Assembly (NCBI GenBank): GCA_015680685.1 | Contig: MNCI01001967.1 | Span: forward strand, 281,066 to 345,065 | Length of the DNA: 64,000 nucleotides | Reading direction: 5' to 3' | Source: Gnetum montanum | Lineage: Eukaryota > Plantae > Gnetophyta | Shown: positions 1-13,274 of the stretch, piece after piece | How positions within the stretch are numbered: position 1 is the first letter of the stretch | How the letters are laid out: the number at the start of each line of letters is the position of its first letter | Program-made: the position numbers and the translations under genes | The notes under the pieces: generated by a model | What the model was told of the DNA's origin: nothing | The model's database searches: none | Seen by the model: the letters and a program-made list of their open reading frames with translations, nothing else

Positions 1-2
1 AT

Positions 3-644
3 CGTGAAATTACTAAAATACCTACTAGGACGATTAGTAGGTTTAGACATGATTGGAGTACAAAATTAAATTATGCTCTATGGGACTATAAAACATCTTA
101 CAAATTACCTAGAGGGTACACCCCATATGAGTTAGCCAATGGAAAGTTACTGATACTTCTAATCCAAGCAGAGCTTCACACTTTAGCTACTGCTAGTGAA
201 CGTGACCTTGATTTGAGTTTAGCATAAAAGGAACGTCTAATGAATATAAATATTTTAGATGAAAATAGACAAGTAGCACTTATGGGTAGTGAAGTGCACA
301 AGAACTACTTCAAAATTAGGCACAATTCGAGGATAAGACATATAACCATACAACCAAGTGACAAGGTCCTCTATTACAATCCTAGTCATTTACCCCAAAA
401 GGCTAAATTTCAAACACTTTTGGAGGGACCATACATAGTACATGCCACTTATCCATCTGGCGCCTTACATATTCATCACCCATCTAGCCCACATAAACTT
501 ATCCTTGTCAATATCCAACAAGTCAAACCATACTATGAGTACTCAAAGAAATCTACCCAACCCACTCACCAATCTTCCACTTATTCTATCTTCCATTTCC
601 CTAATCTTCATAATAGTCATGGGGGCATCCATTTACAATCGTAG
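3..644 (+). pseudogene. Ty3/gypsy (Athila/Tat-type) integrase C-terminal region
   Basis: Frame from nt 3 reads REITKI..RHDWSTKLNYALWDYKTSYK..GYTPYELANGK..*KERLMNINILDENR..DKVLYYN..EGPYIV..VNIQQVKPY (GPY motif). One in-frame stop. Confidence 0.85.
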
Positions 645-2727
645 GTACCTTACTAATTTTTCTATTTTCTTTGTTTTAAAAATTCTTTTCATTTTTCATT
701 TTCTTTTACATTTTCTCATTCTTTTATACTTTCTTATTTCTTCAACTTTTCACATTCTTTAATATTTTTCAATTCTTATACTTTTTCATTATTTTTTGCC
801 ATCTTTCCCATTTCTTTTATACTTTGTTTTAAACCCTTTGTAGATAATTTTTGATCATTAATAAAACACATTTAAATAAAGGCAAGATGTAGCCCAATAA
901 GGTGAAGATTTCACTATGTCATTAAGTCATAAAAGATTAATTATTTGCACAGTGAGCCCACATCACCGTCCATCCATTCCATTAATAAGAAGTTCTCACC
1001 ATGGCCATAATGATATTCTTTCCATCATCAAACTAAGAATAAACTTGAGATCATTATGCTTGGACAGAAAAGTGAAGAACCAAGTGGAGTGAAAAGGGTG
1101 TGACATTAAGGGGACTTGTGGATTCTTTTTGAATTATTATTATAAGTTCTATCATGTTACTAAGGTTGTATTATATCCTTGTAGATCTAATGAAAAATGG
1201 GAGTAAGAGTAAAATAAGTGCTACCTTAAAAGGGTTGACACAAATAACAAATAAAAGAGCACAAAATAAGTTCCTAAGGGTCCACCTGGAAACACATGTT
1301 ACCCATGCCTGAAGGTAGGTGGCTTCTCAGAAATATAAAAATAAAATAAAGTGCCATGAAAAAAGCTCCTTCCTTGGACAATACGCCAAGTGACAGTACT
1401 CCTTGTAACATTGATAGTCTTACAATTATAATTCCAAGAGATGAAACGATGCGATTTTCTTAGAATGTGGTCTAGACTTGGTTTAAATCTTGGATAGAAA
1501 GGCTAATGATTACTTTAACCACTAATAAAATACAATAATTCATTATGCTTATGGTAAGACACCTCACGTCCCAATTTCTACAATCCCTTCTAAAACCATT
1601 TCATCTCACTGTTTGAATAATCATAACTTATGATTTTGTGTAACATAGAGTAATTTTTCCAGAGTAATTTTCCCAATTTAGTGGAACTAATATGCGTGTT
1701 TTGCTAAAGTGGTATGTGCTACGTTCAACTCCTTAAGTGTCCAGGGACACTTCTAGGCATGGTTATACAAGGGCATTAAGAGCTAAAACCTGCTTTGAGG
1801 AGGATCCACTTGTATAACTGTTGTATCTTATACTTGCCAAGTGATTCCACATCATCTTAAGCCTTCCAATTCCAATAAATAACAATAAATACTTCCCATA
1901 TCATTCACATTATTCATTCTAATAACACAATAATGTTGTCTTTCTCATCCCTTCCATCAATACCTCATATACTTTCATAGCCCAAGATTCCTTAATCATA
2001 GACTTTCAACACTTATTTTTCACAACTGAAGCATCATCTCCATATCAAGATCCTTTTAGCATGATGCGTATCTTCTAACTATCCAATGGGACTCAAATTT
2101 TTTTGAGAAAAACATTCAGAAATTTTGATTTTTCTATGGTGACATCGTATCTATGATATTGTAGGCACCTACAATATTGCATCTACGATGTTGTATTTAC
2201 GATATTGCACCCATAAAAACTATTTATAGCACAAGGGAGTTAGAAAAGATTTTTCATTTCTTAATTTCATAAGAAGGGAATTATTGCCAATTTTTCCTTG
2301 TAGCTAAAGAGCTCTAACACACCAACTTCTAACACCCATAACTTGCTCATTATTGCCTTGATTTGCATGATTTTTGAATCTACGTGATCCCAGAGTGAAT
2401 AGCTTAGTTGTGGGAGGGTTCTAGTAATGGAAATTTAAGTTGATTTTTTGAAATTGCTAACAATTGGAAGGTATTATAAGGGTAATTCTAAGGAAATATA
2501 TTAAGAATTTTTAAAGTAAATCACTTATGTGTAGGCCAAAAACACTTTAAGAAGATTTCTAATTGATCATACAACTTATTTAAAGTACTAATGGGGTTGT
2601 TATTGAAAAATCTTCTAACTCTACAATCATAATGAACTAATAACTTGATATAACTAAGGGTATGAATAAGATATCAAATTGTTGCTCATTCATGAGAATA
2701 TTCTAGTAATTCCAAACCCTTGATTAG

Positions 2728-5489
2728 ATGGCCCCAAAAAGAGGAGCATAAGGAGAACTCCCATGCCTATTAAGCAAAAGACCACAAGGCCATGGAAGAG
2801 GACAAGTGAGCGAGCAAAATCCCCAAGCAGAACAAGGAGAGTAGGAAGCATAATCTTTCAACATTCATCAACAAATTCTTGCCATAGAGCTATCTGCTCA
2901 AGCAGAAGCGAATGTTCCACCAATGCTCGTCCAAGGATAGCAACTTACAATGTCACCTGAATGTCTTCAAGATATTTAGGAAAAGTCCATGACGTCGATA
3001 GTAATTATGAAACTCAACTTTGGTCCATCTTTGGAATTTGCTCCAAAAGCTGTTAAGGCCCAACTTTAGTCATCTCCTTTGTGGCCTACTTTGACAAACA
3101 ATGGATAATGATATCTAGGAGAAATACTCCAGTTTTGGAAAAACTGAGAAGCTAATGTAATAGTCAAAATTGAAGGAATTTCGGTATCCTACTTAGTTAA
3201 GGCAATTGCAGAGGTATTGAATGTGCCTATACAAGNTTACTTAGTTAAGGCAATTGCAGAGGTATTGAATGTGCCTATACAAGGAGCAAAAGTGGCATAG
3301 ATATCAACCAGATTTGACACAGATGCCAAGAAGTTATGGTTATAATGGATATACGATAAGGAAGATAAAGAATACAGTGAATTGACTATAGAAGAAAATA
3401 TCTATTTCAAAATTGACACTTATCACATGTTTCCTACCAAGAGATTGAATCGAATCTCTACTTATGCGGCTAGAGGGAGTGCAATATTAATGGGAAAATT
3501 TAATGCAAACATCGCTCACCTCTACTTCACAAAAATCCAAAGGTGATTTGAAGAAAAGATGGTAGGGAAGTTAACACTTCCATTCCCTTGCCTTATTCGG
3601 AAGTTATGTAAACAAGTTGGTATCCAAGGGTATACAAATGATGCATTGAAGAAGGCACAAAATGCTTCCTATGCAAAAATGCTTAAGCTAGTGCCTCCCA
3701 AAAAGGACCAATTAGAAGAATAACCAGGTACTAAAGAGACTACCCAACCCACAGGACAACAATAGTAGCAACCACAACTTCCACCACCGCCACTGTAAGA
3801 GTATAAAGCTTCAATGAGTCATATGCAACAAATTGCAGAAACTATTAGTTGGGAAAGTAGAGAAGAGGCCAATTTATTCAAAGTTATTGATGATGCAATC
3901 ATACCAACCATTTCAACCAATCTTGCTAGTGGACAAATATCATTGCAGTTAGGAGGAGAGGCCTAGTGGTCACAACAGATTTTTAGGAATGCTGCATCAT
4001 TCCAAGTGGTGCCTAAATCAGGAGAAGTAGCCACAGTTGTTGCAGCACCATGATGCAGCGAGAGCCATAGAAGTGATCACATATCACATTAAAGAATCTT
4101 TTAATGTACTTGTTGTGCCACTAGCTAATATTTTTGGAACCAAAGATGCTCAAATGATAGCTGGTACCTCTATGACTCTTGTAGAACATGAAGACGTGTT
4201 GGATAGACTATTGCAAATATAATAAGTTATGACAAATCTATTTGATAATCCTAATGATATCACTGCAACATAGTATGAATTAATTACCACCAAAGGAAAA
4301 TTAACTAGGGTAGAACATGTTGAGAATGAGCTTCACATATTATAAGAAGAGCTTGTAGCCTTGAGAGCAGAAAGGAAAGATCCAACTAAGTTCATAGCAC
4401 CAAATCAGATAACACAATTTAGAACTAAGTAGATCAATTTTCTCCTTAAGAACAATAAAGATATAGCAGATGAGAAAGAAAAGGCAGTATGGAAAGCTTT
4501 AGTAGCCTAAGCCCAATCATATGCCCATGTCAAAGCACTTGCTGCCTTATAGGAAGAAAATAAACAACTTGCTGTAGATAGCATGAAGTTGACCACAATA
4601 GAAAAGCAGAAGAACACTATAGAAGAAAGCATCCATCAGTTGAGAGAGTACTTGATGAGGATCAACCAAGATGTGAGCTACCTTGTAAGAGAAAATAGAA
4701 CCCTTTCTATGGAGGAGGTACACACCACTAGATAGAAATCAGCTATCGAAATTAGTGTGTGGAAAAATAAGGCTAAGAAACATGAAAGGCTCATAGAACA
4801 CTTTGAGATCAAGTAGGCACATATAAGTAAATAAATGAGAAAGAGATCTAGATGGCAAAAGCTAAAATCAGTTCGATTGCAGCACAAAATCTTGATTGGC
4901 AACCCATCTTGGATAGCATGGCCTGGACTTATCAAGCGAAAGTGTAAAGAAAGATGTGTAGATAGAAAACTTAAAAGAATACATGACATTAGTAAACCTC
5001 TGTTAGGGTAACTTAGCCATGTTAACAACAGGTAGGCCCAAGAATGAACTAGAATAGCAAGTAGTAGCCACATATGCTTTATGTGAGAAGAAGTTTGCAG
5101 ATAGAAAAGATGCTCTACAAAAACTTCAAGTAGCAAACTTAGAACTAGAAGTAGTTAAGGTTAGCTATCAAGGGCAAAAAGATGTAGTAGCGAATTTGGC
5201 CAAAAAATAAACTGACTATTATGAACTTAGAGAAATGGCCAGAGCTTTTGAAGAAGAGAGATGACAGTTTGTGACATGGTACATTAAAGCCAATAAGATG
5301 TTTCTGCAACTTCCATGTTCGTGGAATGTACCGAATCCATCCAATGTTGGTTCATTAGCATGGACTGTTCATGATCCAAGAATGGAAGAAGAGAAGTTGC
5401 AAACACTCCTAAAAAAATACCAATTTAAGAACCCTGATGACAAGGGAAAGAAACCTATGGAAAAGCCACCTCCGCCTAAAACAACATAA
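2728..5489 (+). pseudogene. Degenerate env-like/extra ORF of the old Athila-like element
   Basis: Starts AG|ATGGCCCCAAAAAG (MAPKR). Contains YFKIDTYHMFPTKRLNRISTYAARG, LPFPCLIRKLCKQVGI and WYIKANKMFLQLPCSW, homologous throughout to 59463-62180 (-). Many TAG/TAA/TGA stops and frameshifts. Confidence 0.85.
3190..3283 (+). repeat. Tandem duplication of ~48 bp inside the env-like pseudogene
   Basis: TACTTAGTTAAGGCAATTGCAGAGGTATTGAATGTGCCTATACAAG occurs twice in tandem. Confidence 0.9.
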
Positions 5490-5696
5490 GGCTACATTCA
5501 ACCTTGCCAGATTTTGTTTTTTGTTTTTTGTTAAAATTATCATGTCATGTGTTCATTTTTGTAAACTCCACTACAACACTAGAGCATCATGTATATAGAA
5601 GTCGGTGTTATGTAAATCTACCTCCCAATTTTGTAAGGAACTCCATCCTCATTTTGTTTTAACTTGAGAACGAGTTTTTAGTCAGTTGTGGGGGTA

Positions 5697-6581
5697 TGAT
5701 AAATCCAAAAATTTTGAGTCAACAATATTGTAGTTACAATATCATATTTGTGATGTCGTAGATACATTATCGTATCTCAGCATACGTTATCATATAAACA
5801 ATATCACGGGATGCATGCCAGTCTATATAAGCAACACTTGGGTGCATGCATCCGCAGTAGATTTGATAGCCTAGTAACAAAACTCTTTCAGTTTGTTTTC
5901 TTGAATTCAGTACTTAGTAGTGTGTGCTTGCAGTGTGATGTTTTGTAATTGAATGAAATCTTTATTCAAGTGTGATGTACTTGGACACATTGCATATTTA
6001 GCAATAAAGCTTGAGATTACTCTACATCATTGCAGCAACACTTAAGTTTTATTTTTGTTTTCAATTAGTTTATTGTTTACTATTTTCATAGTTAATGTTT
6101 ACCATTCCTTGTAATTTAGTTTTAATATTATAAAGTGGAATGAGTATAATTTATTTCAAGCACATAAGTGTAATTACTTGGTAACCCAGTAGTACTATCA
6201 TGTGGTACACCCAGTAGTGCAATACTTGGTAATTCTAGTAGTAGTTACACGAAGTCCAAGGTATGACTGGAAGATCAAGACCAGCTACTCATCGGGTAGG
6301 CTAGTTTAGATTTGTTTTGCTGTTACTTAGATTTAGAAACTTTTACTCTCACTTCATGATTATTAACAACATAATGGCCAATTCAACATCAATTATCATA
6401 CATCTCACCATGAGTTAAACCATACACATTGATTTTACTAACTCACATGGAAAGACAATGATCGTGAATGATAACTAATTATTGGTACAATCACATTGCT
6501 TTATCTGTGGAGTTCGACCAGGATTGTGTGTGAACACTTGTATCTCGTATGGTTGAGTGTTGGATACTCCACCGCTCATTA
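5697..6581 (+). repeat. 3' LTR of the old Athila-like element
   Basis: Begins TGAT right after the PPT. Ends ..CCGCTCATTA, aligning to ..CCACTCATCA of the young LTR. Degenerate GATATCG arrays, TATA near 5824, CTTGGTAACCCAGT sub-repeats. Confidence 0.8.
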
Positions 6582-6870
6582 GTAGTACAAAAGAGTTATG
6601 AACAATGAATCAATGTAGGAGAAATGCAAATGCTTAAATGGATGTTGAATGTTATCAAATGAGATAAATTATACAATATAGACATTAGAGAGATTTGGAG
6701 TGGCTTCTATTTCAAATAAGCTACACAAATAGTGTCTTAAATGGTTTAGACATATGTAATGAAGATAGATAACAAGCCTATAAAACAAGGTTGCTACCTC
6801 ACTATTCCAAGAAAGCCACCAAAAGAAAGACCAAAAAGAAGGATAAGACTAATTTGATGATGATGATTTA
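6582..6870 (+). mobile_element. RTE-clade LINE 3' fragment
   Basis: Reads ..VGEMQMLKWMLNV..DIRE..GVASI..LKWFRH.. and ends in a (GAT)n tail. Confidence 0.7.
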
Positions 6871-8179
6871 TGTGATTCACCATGTATATGCAAGCATCCT
6901 CCAAGATTAATAACTTGAAACAAAGCTAAGATAATGATGATATATGTATTTCACCATCTATATGCCAGCATCCTTTAAAATTAATTTTAAAAATTGACAA
7001 AGATGGTTGACATATAATAGTAAAGGGCTTAGACAGCCCTACGTTGCCCAATATTAATAAAGATGAATTTAATAGAGGAGGTGTTGTAGTTGCCCTACGT
7101 TGGCTAACATGCTTTGCACCTAGATGTATGAACACCCTGAACGCTAGCTTGCGATTGAATCTACCCTGAATGCTAGGTTGGAACCATGTTCCAAGCATGC
7201 ATACATGTAATTTTTTTAAAAATTTGAATTTAATAACCTTATAGATCTGGTTAGATTTCGGTTCTGTAGTAAACTGTGCCATTGTTACCCCCGTCAATCT
7301 CCAATGCAGCAATGCCCAACGTCTTGAGCCCAAAAAAACCGTTCTCGTTGGTTCCCTCTGCAAACATGATACTGTCGGTAGCTGTTGTATCTAATCTCTA
7401 CTTGGGGTGACGTATTTGAGAAACATGGCACCGAGAAGTGAGTTGAGTTTTTGATTAATTGAATCGCAAGGGGATTTCGGTTGTATTAGCCTAAAGTTTC
7501 GTTTAACTGTTTTTTGGGTTTACCTGCAATTGCAGCCGTTACAACCCATCCTAATTCAATCTAGGTTTTTATTTATTTATTTTTATGTGTTGATGCTTAT
7601 TTAGATTTAATCAAGAACTCACTAAATATTTGAATTGGTTGAGAGGGATGGTAAGATGCTTGTTTTTCAAGTTGGAAGGTGGGTTAGAACTGTGCATCAC
7701 TCTACCAAATCTCTCTGATCCACTTGGCCAGATTAATATTGATGGTACCATATCGTTTTAACAAAAGGGAAAATTTTTTCAGTTCTTTGATCTATTAAAA
7801 TCATCTGGCAGATCCTGAAAATGCACACAAAAGTAAGTTTGAAATATAAAATAATGAATATCAGAGATTTATTCTTTCATAAAAAAATAGTGGACATTAC
7901 AGTTAGGTAGAAATCTAATCAACAGCGGGAAGAAAACTCGTCTAAAAATCTCAGACAATGAAATTTATTTAAACATGAACACAGTTGAGAGACCATCCCA
8001 CAGATCTTGCTTCCATACACTGCTAAATATATAGTTCCCTCATTAGGACTGAATAACATGCCAATAGGTGACATCACTAGCCTCCTTATTTTTAAGGCAT
8101 ACAAAATATATAGTCTTTAAACTTGCATTTGTTACATGAGCCCTCAGATGCTGCATCTATGGTTTCAACTTCTTAGATT

Positions 8180-8385
8180 AAAAAGTTGCTTGGTTTTATG
8201 TGCGTTTGTGTAGATGTATCATGGGATTCTTGTTGGATCCACCCACATGGCCACTTATATTGATTTCTGAATTCTTTTGGGATTTGATTTCCATAGGTGT
8301 AATCTATAGTGATTCAAGAATTGTTTGATTCAACATCTTCAGCAATTCAATAGCTAGAGATTCGAGCAACCAAACATGCCCTTAG
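8180..8385. mobile_element. Possible PIF/Harbinger (Tourist-like) MITE; related copies at ~45137-45310 and ~56480-56673
   Basis: Right end AACCAAACATGCCC followed by TTA or CTAA, the typical Tourist terminus. Left terminus only degenerate (..TTGGTT..). Confidence 0.35.
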
Positions 8386-8829
8386 ATTTTGTCCTTGAAA
8401 ATGGTGCTTGGGGGGTTAATGATGTGATGTTCAATTTGGGGATAAGGTTATGAGAATTCTTAACTGGTGCTCAAGGAATTGGAAAGTTTACTTCCATAAT
8501 TAGAATAAGATGTAACATCATGGTATAGCTTTTCAGTGTATCCGGTACCATAGTTACACTGGAAAACTTTATTGTCAAAAATGATATGTTCCTTAAAATA
8601 ATAGTTTGTAAGAACGACTGCTCCCCTTTTTCTCTACTAGAGTTTTATAGAAATTATCAATTGCTATGTTGACTTGTCATTTGTTGCCGCATTGTAGAGG
8701 ATATGGATCAAAGACGGCTCCTTTTGTTTTCAAGGTGGGTAAGCATGGTTGCTTATTAGATGTAACATGCTAAACTCAAACTATTTGGTAGAACATCCAA
8801 ATTTGATTTTGAAAGGTTATGTAAGGAAC

Positions 8830-9755
8830 ATGACTATTTTCTTGATATGACAAGTAATAGAGAAATTTGGAAAACATAGAGAATATATATATATGATCAT
8901 CATTGACTTGGAAAAAGCATATGATAGAGTACCAAGAAGTATTATTTGCTAGCCCTTACACAAGTATGAAAGAGTTACTACAAAAATTACAACAACTTGT
9001 GAAATCACCTTTGACTTTCCAATCATAGTATCTACATCAAGGGTCTATGATTAGCTTATATGTATTTGCTATTGTTATGGTTGAATTGGCAAAGAAAAAA
9101 CATAATGAAATCTATTGGTTTATGCTATTTGTAGATGACATTGTGTTGGTGGATACAATTTAGATACTTGGAGTGTTTGGTTCAAGTGGATGGTGAGATT
9201 AACAATGATGTTACAAGCAAAATTGAAGTATGATGGAAGAAATGATGAGAAGTTGGTGATGTGCTTTGTGATAGAAGAATCCCTACTAGGTTGAAGGGTA
9301 AGTTTTAACGAATTGCTATTAGATTTGGAATTCTTTATGCTGCAGAATGTTGTCTTATTAAAAAACATCAAACATAGCATGTGCATGTGATAAAGATGCA
9401 TATGTTGAGGTGGATGTTGATTTGACAAGGAAATATTGAATTAACAACTCTTTTATTAGGGGTAATTTTTAAGTAGCTTCCATAGATGAGAAGATTAAAG
9501 AAAGTCCTCTTAGATGGTTTGGTCATGTGTTAAGAAGACCAAGGAATGCTCCTATTAAAACATGTTGCTTCATTAAAGATGAAGGCAACTAACAAAGAGG
9601 TAGACTAAAACATACTTGGTTTGCTTGCATAAAGAAAGATATCCAAGATTTGGGTATTAATGCTTATTTGGTTCTTAATAGAAGCGAAGGATGTAAAAGA
9701 ACTCATATAACCAACCCCATGTAGTTGGGATAAGGCTAGGATGATGATGATGATT
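8830..9755 (+). mobile_element. RTE-clade LINE remnant (internally deleted RT + 3' tail)
   Basis: IIDLEKAYDRVPR, MLFVDDI, DGEINNDV and LRWFGHVLRR motifs. Tail CCAACCCCATGTAGTTGGGATAAGGCTAGG(ATG)n. Confidence 0.85.
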
Positions 9756-10512
9756 GTATTGGTGGATAAAACTCAAGAAAATATTGCTTTTAAAATAGAA
9801 AAGTGGAGACATGCTTTAGAATAACAAAAGGCTTAAAAATTAGTAGAAGTGAGATAGAGTATAAGATATGCAATTTTAATAAAAACATAAACATGGTGAA
9901 CTAAAAGTAATAGTTTACGGCCACCAAGTCTCTCACTACAAATAGTTACACTACCTAAGATCAATGCTCCAATTAGATGGTGAACTTGATAAAGATACAA
10001 TAAATAGGGTTGAAATAGGATGGTCAAAATGGAGACAAACTAGTGTTTTATGTAATAAAAGAATCCCAATAAAACTACAAAGAAAATTTTAAATGATAGT
10101 AGTTAGGTTTGCTATTTAATATGGTGCTGATTATTGAGTTGTACAAAAGAGGCATGAATAACAAACTAGTGTGGTAGAAATGCAAATACTTAATGAATGT
10201 TGAATGTTATAAGAATAAATAAATTGCATAATACAGAGATTAGAGGAAGATTTTGAGTGGCTTCTATTTTAGATAAGCCACAAGAATGACATCTTAGATG
10301 ATTTGGGCTTATAATGAGCCTATTAAAAAAGTTTGTTAAATTCTGTTCTTAGAAAGCCACCAAAAGGAAGAGCAAAAAAAGACATGGGAAAAAATAATCG
10401 AAAATGATCCAAAGAAATTGCAAATAGCAAAGGATCTAACTCTTTAAAAGGCAAATGGTGAAAGAAAACTCATTATGTTAAGACACGGCTAGGATGATGA
10501 TGATAATGATAA
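9756..10512 (+). mobile_element. Second RTE-clade LINE remnant
   Basis: IVLVDKTQENIAFKIEKWRHALE.., WSKWRQTS and VVEMQIL; ends GGCTAGGATGATGATGAT. Confidence 0.75.
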
Positions 10513-10689
10513 AGGTTATGTAATGAGCCAAGAAATGATGCTTCTACTACATCTATGTACCACATGATAAGGAATCTATAGGAGTAGTTGAAAGGATGTC
10601 ATGCATATCTTACATAGTATGCTTTTTGTGTTTATACTAATAGACTTAATAGTTGTAGGGTTTTTTTAAAATTTTAAAATTTTTTATTT

Positions 10690-11705
10690 TAATCAAACGG
10701 ACAGTTGCCAAGTCACAAAAAGATAATTCCATTGAAATAAATAAAACAACATGTAAACTATCATCCATATTACTCTTTTGGAGATGTAACTAAACAAGAT
10801 TGTTCAAATTATAATTCCTCCTAAATTTTATAGCATGCCTCCAAAGAGCCAAAGTAGCAATACACATTGATGTCAGGCTTCTTGACCTTTGCTGCAAAAC
10901 ATTAAAATTTCATTCTTGCTATACTACAAACCAAATAAACCATGGAAATGTTGTCCATAACTTACGTTTTCTCCTTTATAATGATGTTGTTACCAAGCTA
11001 ACAAAGAATCATTCACAAAATTGGCCACAGGTTGTGACCTCTTGGCACTTTGCTTGAACTTATTCTAAATATCATAAATAAACAAACAATTTATAAAAAG
11101 ATGATCAATAGTTTTTGTTATTAAAGAACATAAGACACAACTTGGATCCTCCATAATATTCTTCTGGGCAAGATATTGACCATTGGATAATTTTCTATGA
11201 AGCATCTTACTAGCAAAGAGATGGATGCGAGGGGTAAAAATGAGATTCTTGATGTCTACTGGATATTGTACTCTTTCCATAGGGTGGGAAGTGGTATAAG
11301 CCTTTTTCTGTGAAATATTCTGAATCACACCACTTCTATTGCTGATTATGCAAAGAAACATGTTGATTCAACAATGTTTTATAAATTAAAGCCTTTTCCA
11401 AATTGGGGAGGGATTAATAATATTGGGAGCATTAACAAATTGAAAACCATCATACAGGTACTTGGCTTTCATCACTTGAACCCACAGCTTATCTGAGATG
11501 CAAAGCTGCTACACAATCTTTCCCAACAAAGCATAATTAATGTCTTGTATATGCTTGAGATTCCATCTGCCATAAGATCAGAGTTTACATATTGTATTTC
11601 AATTTAAAACATGAAGTATTTTTTTTTTCAAATGGTTGGACCACAAAAAGTTCTTTCATTTGTCTCTATATTAGAAAAAATAGTTGTAGAGTTAGGATAA
11701 GAGTG
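10690..11705 (-). mobile_element. L1-clade LINE 3' fragment (zf-RVT region) with conventional A-rich tail
   Basis: PRIHLFASKMLHRKL..CVLCSLITKTIDHLFINC zf-RVT motif with NFLWS upstream. Minus strand ends ..TTGATTAAAATAAAAAA. Confidence 0.7.
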
Positions 11706-12151
11706 TAGTATATGATCATGTCACTTCTTTTGCTATGTGTGTTTATGTTGGTGTGCATGATTTGTTTATACTACATGTATACTAACTGTTTATGTATGTT
11801 TGGTTTATAGTCCATAGTGCTAGCTTGTTCATGGTTTTGTTCTCCTAATACCTTGTTCTTAATGTAGGTTGTTAATAGATTTTGGGGTGTAGTCTACTAA
11901 CCCCATTTGGAGTGATGGTAGCAGCTACTTGAAGAGGCTAGGCTTTTGCTCATCCATTGACCTTCCCAAAATCTCAGTTGGTGGGATGAGCATTGAAGCT
12001 TTGGGTAATGATTTTTTTTATTCCACTTATCTTCTAGTTTGAGGGACTCTTGATGGTTTTGAGTAGTGCCATTACATGTAATCTTTTTAGCTATATATCT
12101 TTATTGGTATCATCATCCTAGTATCTGTTGTAGCCAAGGACCAAGGTCATT

Positions 12152-12340
12152 ACTGAAACTAAAACTGAAAATTTATTTATATCCACTAAGACCCTCTTGG
12201 ATATATTGGACATCTTTAGTTTCAGAATTCCTTTTATAAAATTTTTTTCATACTTAATGTAGCATATTGGAATTGAATATGTGACTTGGGGTTTCTATGC
12301 TAAGACTTTTATTACTAAGCTAACACTTAATTCTTGAGCA
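12152..12340 (-). mobile_element. RTEX-like LINE 3' tip
   Basis: Minus strand AATAAATTTTCAGTTTTAGTTTCAGT, the same tail type as at 27576-27600 and 34455-34476. 5' extent uncertain. Confidence 0.4.
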
Positions 12341-13274
12341 CCATTTAGATGAAAGCAAGTATATACAATTTAGATAAAAGTACTAAAAGGATACACACCA
12401 AGCAATATTATCCTTTGAGCTGAGTCCCTTATCGATCTTTTTTGAGTCCTTTCACTTGTGTGAAATCACAAGCTATATTGAGAATACAGTTCTAATTATT
12501 AGTTAGAGAGTCCTAGTATTATACTTTCTCCATAATTCACATGAAATCCTTGGTAACAATGCTAGCCAAACTTATCACCAGTATGCTGATCGTACAACCT
12601 GGCCAAGCCACATTGGTTTTAGCCAAAGTCAGGTCTTGTTGAGAAAATAATTTGTATCACTTTACCGTTTCTGGCTTGCATTCTCTTTTCTGTAAGATGT
12701 TTCAAATTGCACTTGAATCATTATTAGTTTAATTGATTTTTCAAGGCGTAGAGAGAGAAAAAAATTAGCATTTGAGTTAACAAATGTTTTGAAAATAATT
12801 TGAATTGCTCTGAAATCTGCCCACTGTTACCAACAATATCAATATCAGAATCCACATAGTCTTACATGAACATAATGCTTTTTAAAAGTTGACTGAAACT
12901 TCTGAAAATGGAAAGAAAAACTTCTGAAATCTAAAATTTGAATCTTTAGTAAATTTTATACATGTGGCCTTGAGGCATATGCTAGGCAATTAGTAAAGAT
13001 ACTTACTAGGCCACATTAGTATCCGTTAATTCTTTAGATATTAAACAACATCAATGCTAATGAGAATCCTAGCATGCTAGTGAAAACAAATTGTCAAAGT
13101 TCATGATAATTTTATAGGTACATTAAACTATTTTATTGGGTACGTGGCTACAGACTAAAACTGATTTATCAAAATGATGCTACTTTATCTCCTATACATG
13201 CTTAAAATAGTTGTTTTCTTGCAAGTTATTTTCATTGAAGATTAGGATTAAAAATCAATAATTTATTAAAGAAA

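Larger units (their letters stand above)
1..6581 (+). mobile_element. Old Athila-like Ty3/gypsy LTR retrotransposon, 3' half (integrase end, spacer, env-like ORF, PPT, 3' LTR)
   Basis: Integrase C-terminus, ~2.1 kb non-coding spacer, degenerate extra ORF, PPT-like AGTTGTGGGGGTA (5684-5696) and LTR. Collinear with the younger copy at 58306-64000 (-). Followed directly by RTE sequence, so it inserted into an RTE remnant. Confidence 0.85.
6240..9727 (+). repeat. Segmental duplication copy A (~3.5 kb); copy B at 49446-58007
   Basis: Collinear near-identical sequence (LTR tail, RTE piece, unique middle, RTE). Copy B additionally carries the L1 insertion and an ~85-bp tandem duplication. Confidence 0.95.

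Noticed and set aside
6926-7363. 145-aa minus-strand ORF as a host gene
   Set aside because: No motifs, non-ATG start, spans the L1 target site and is disrupted by indels in duplicate copy B.
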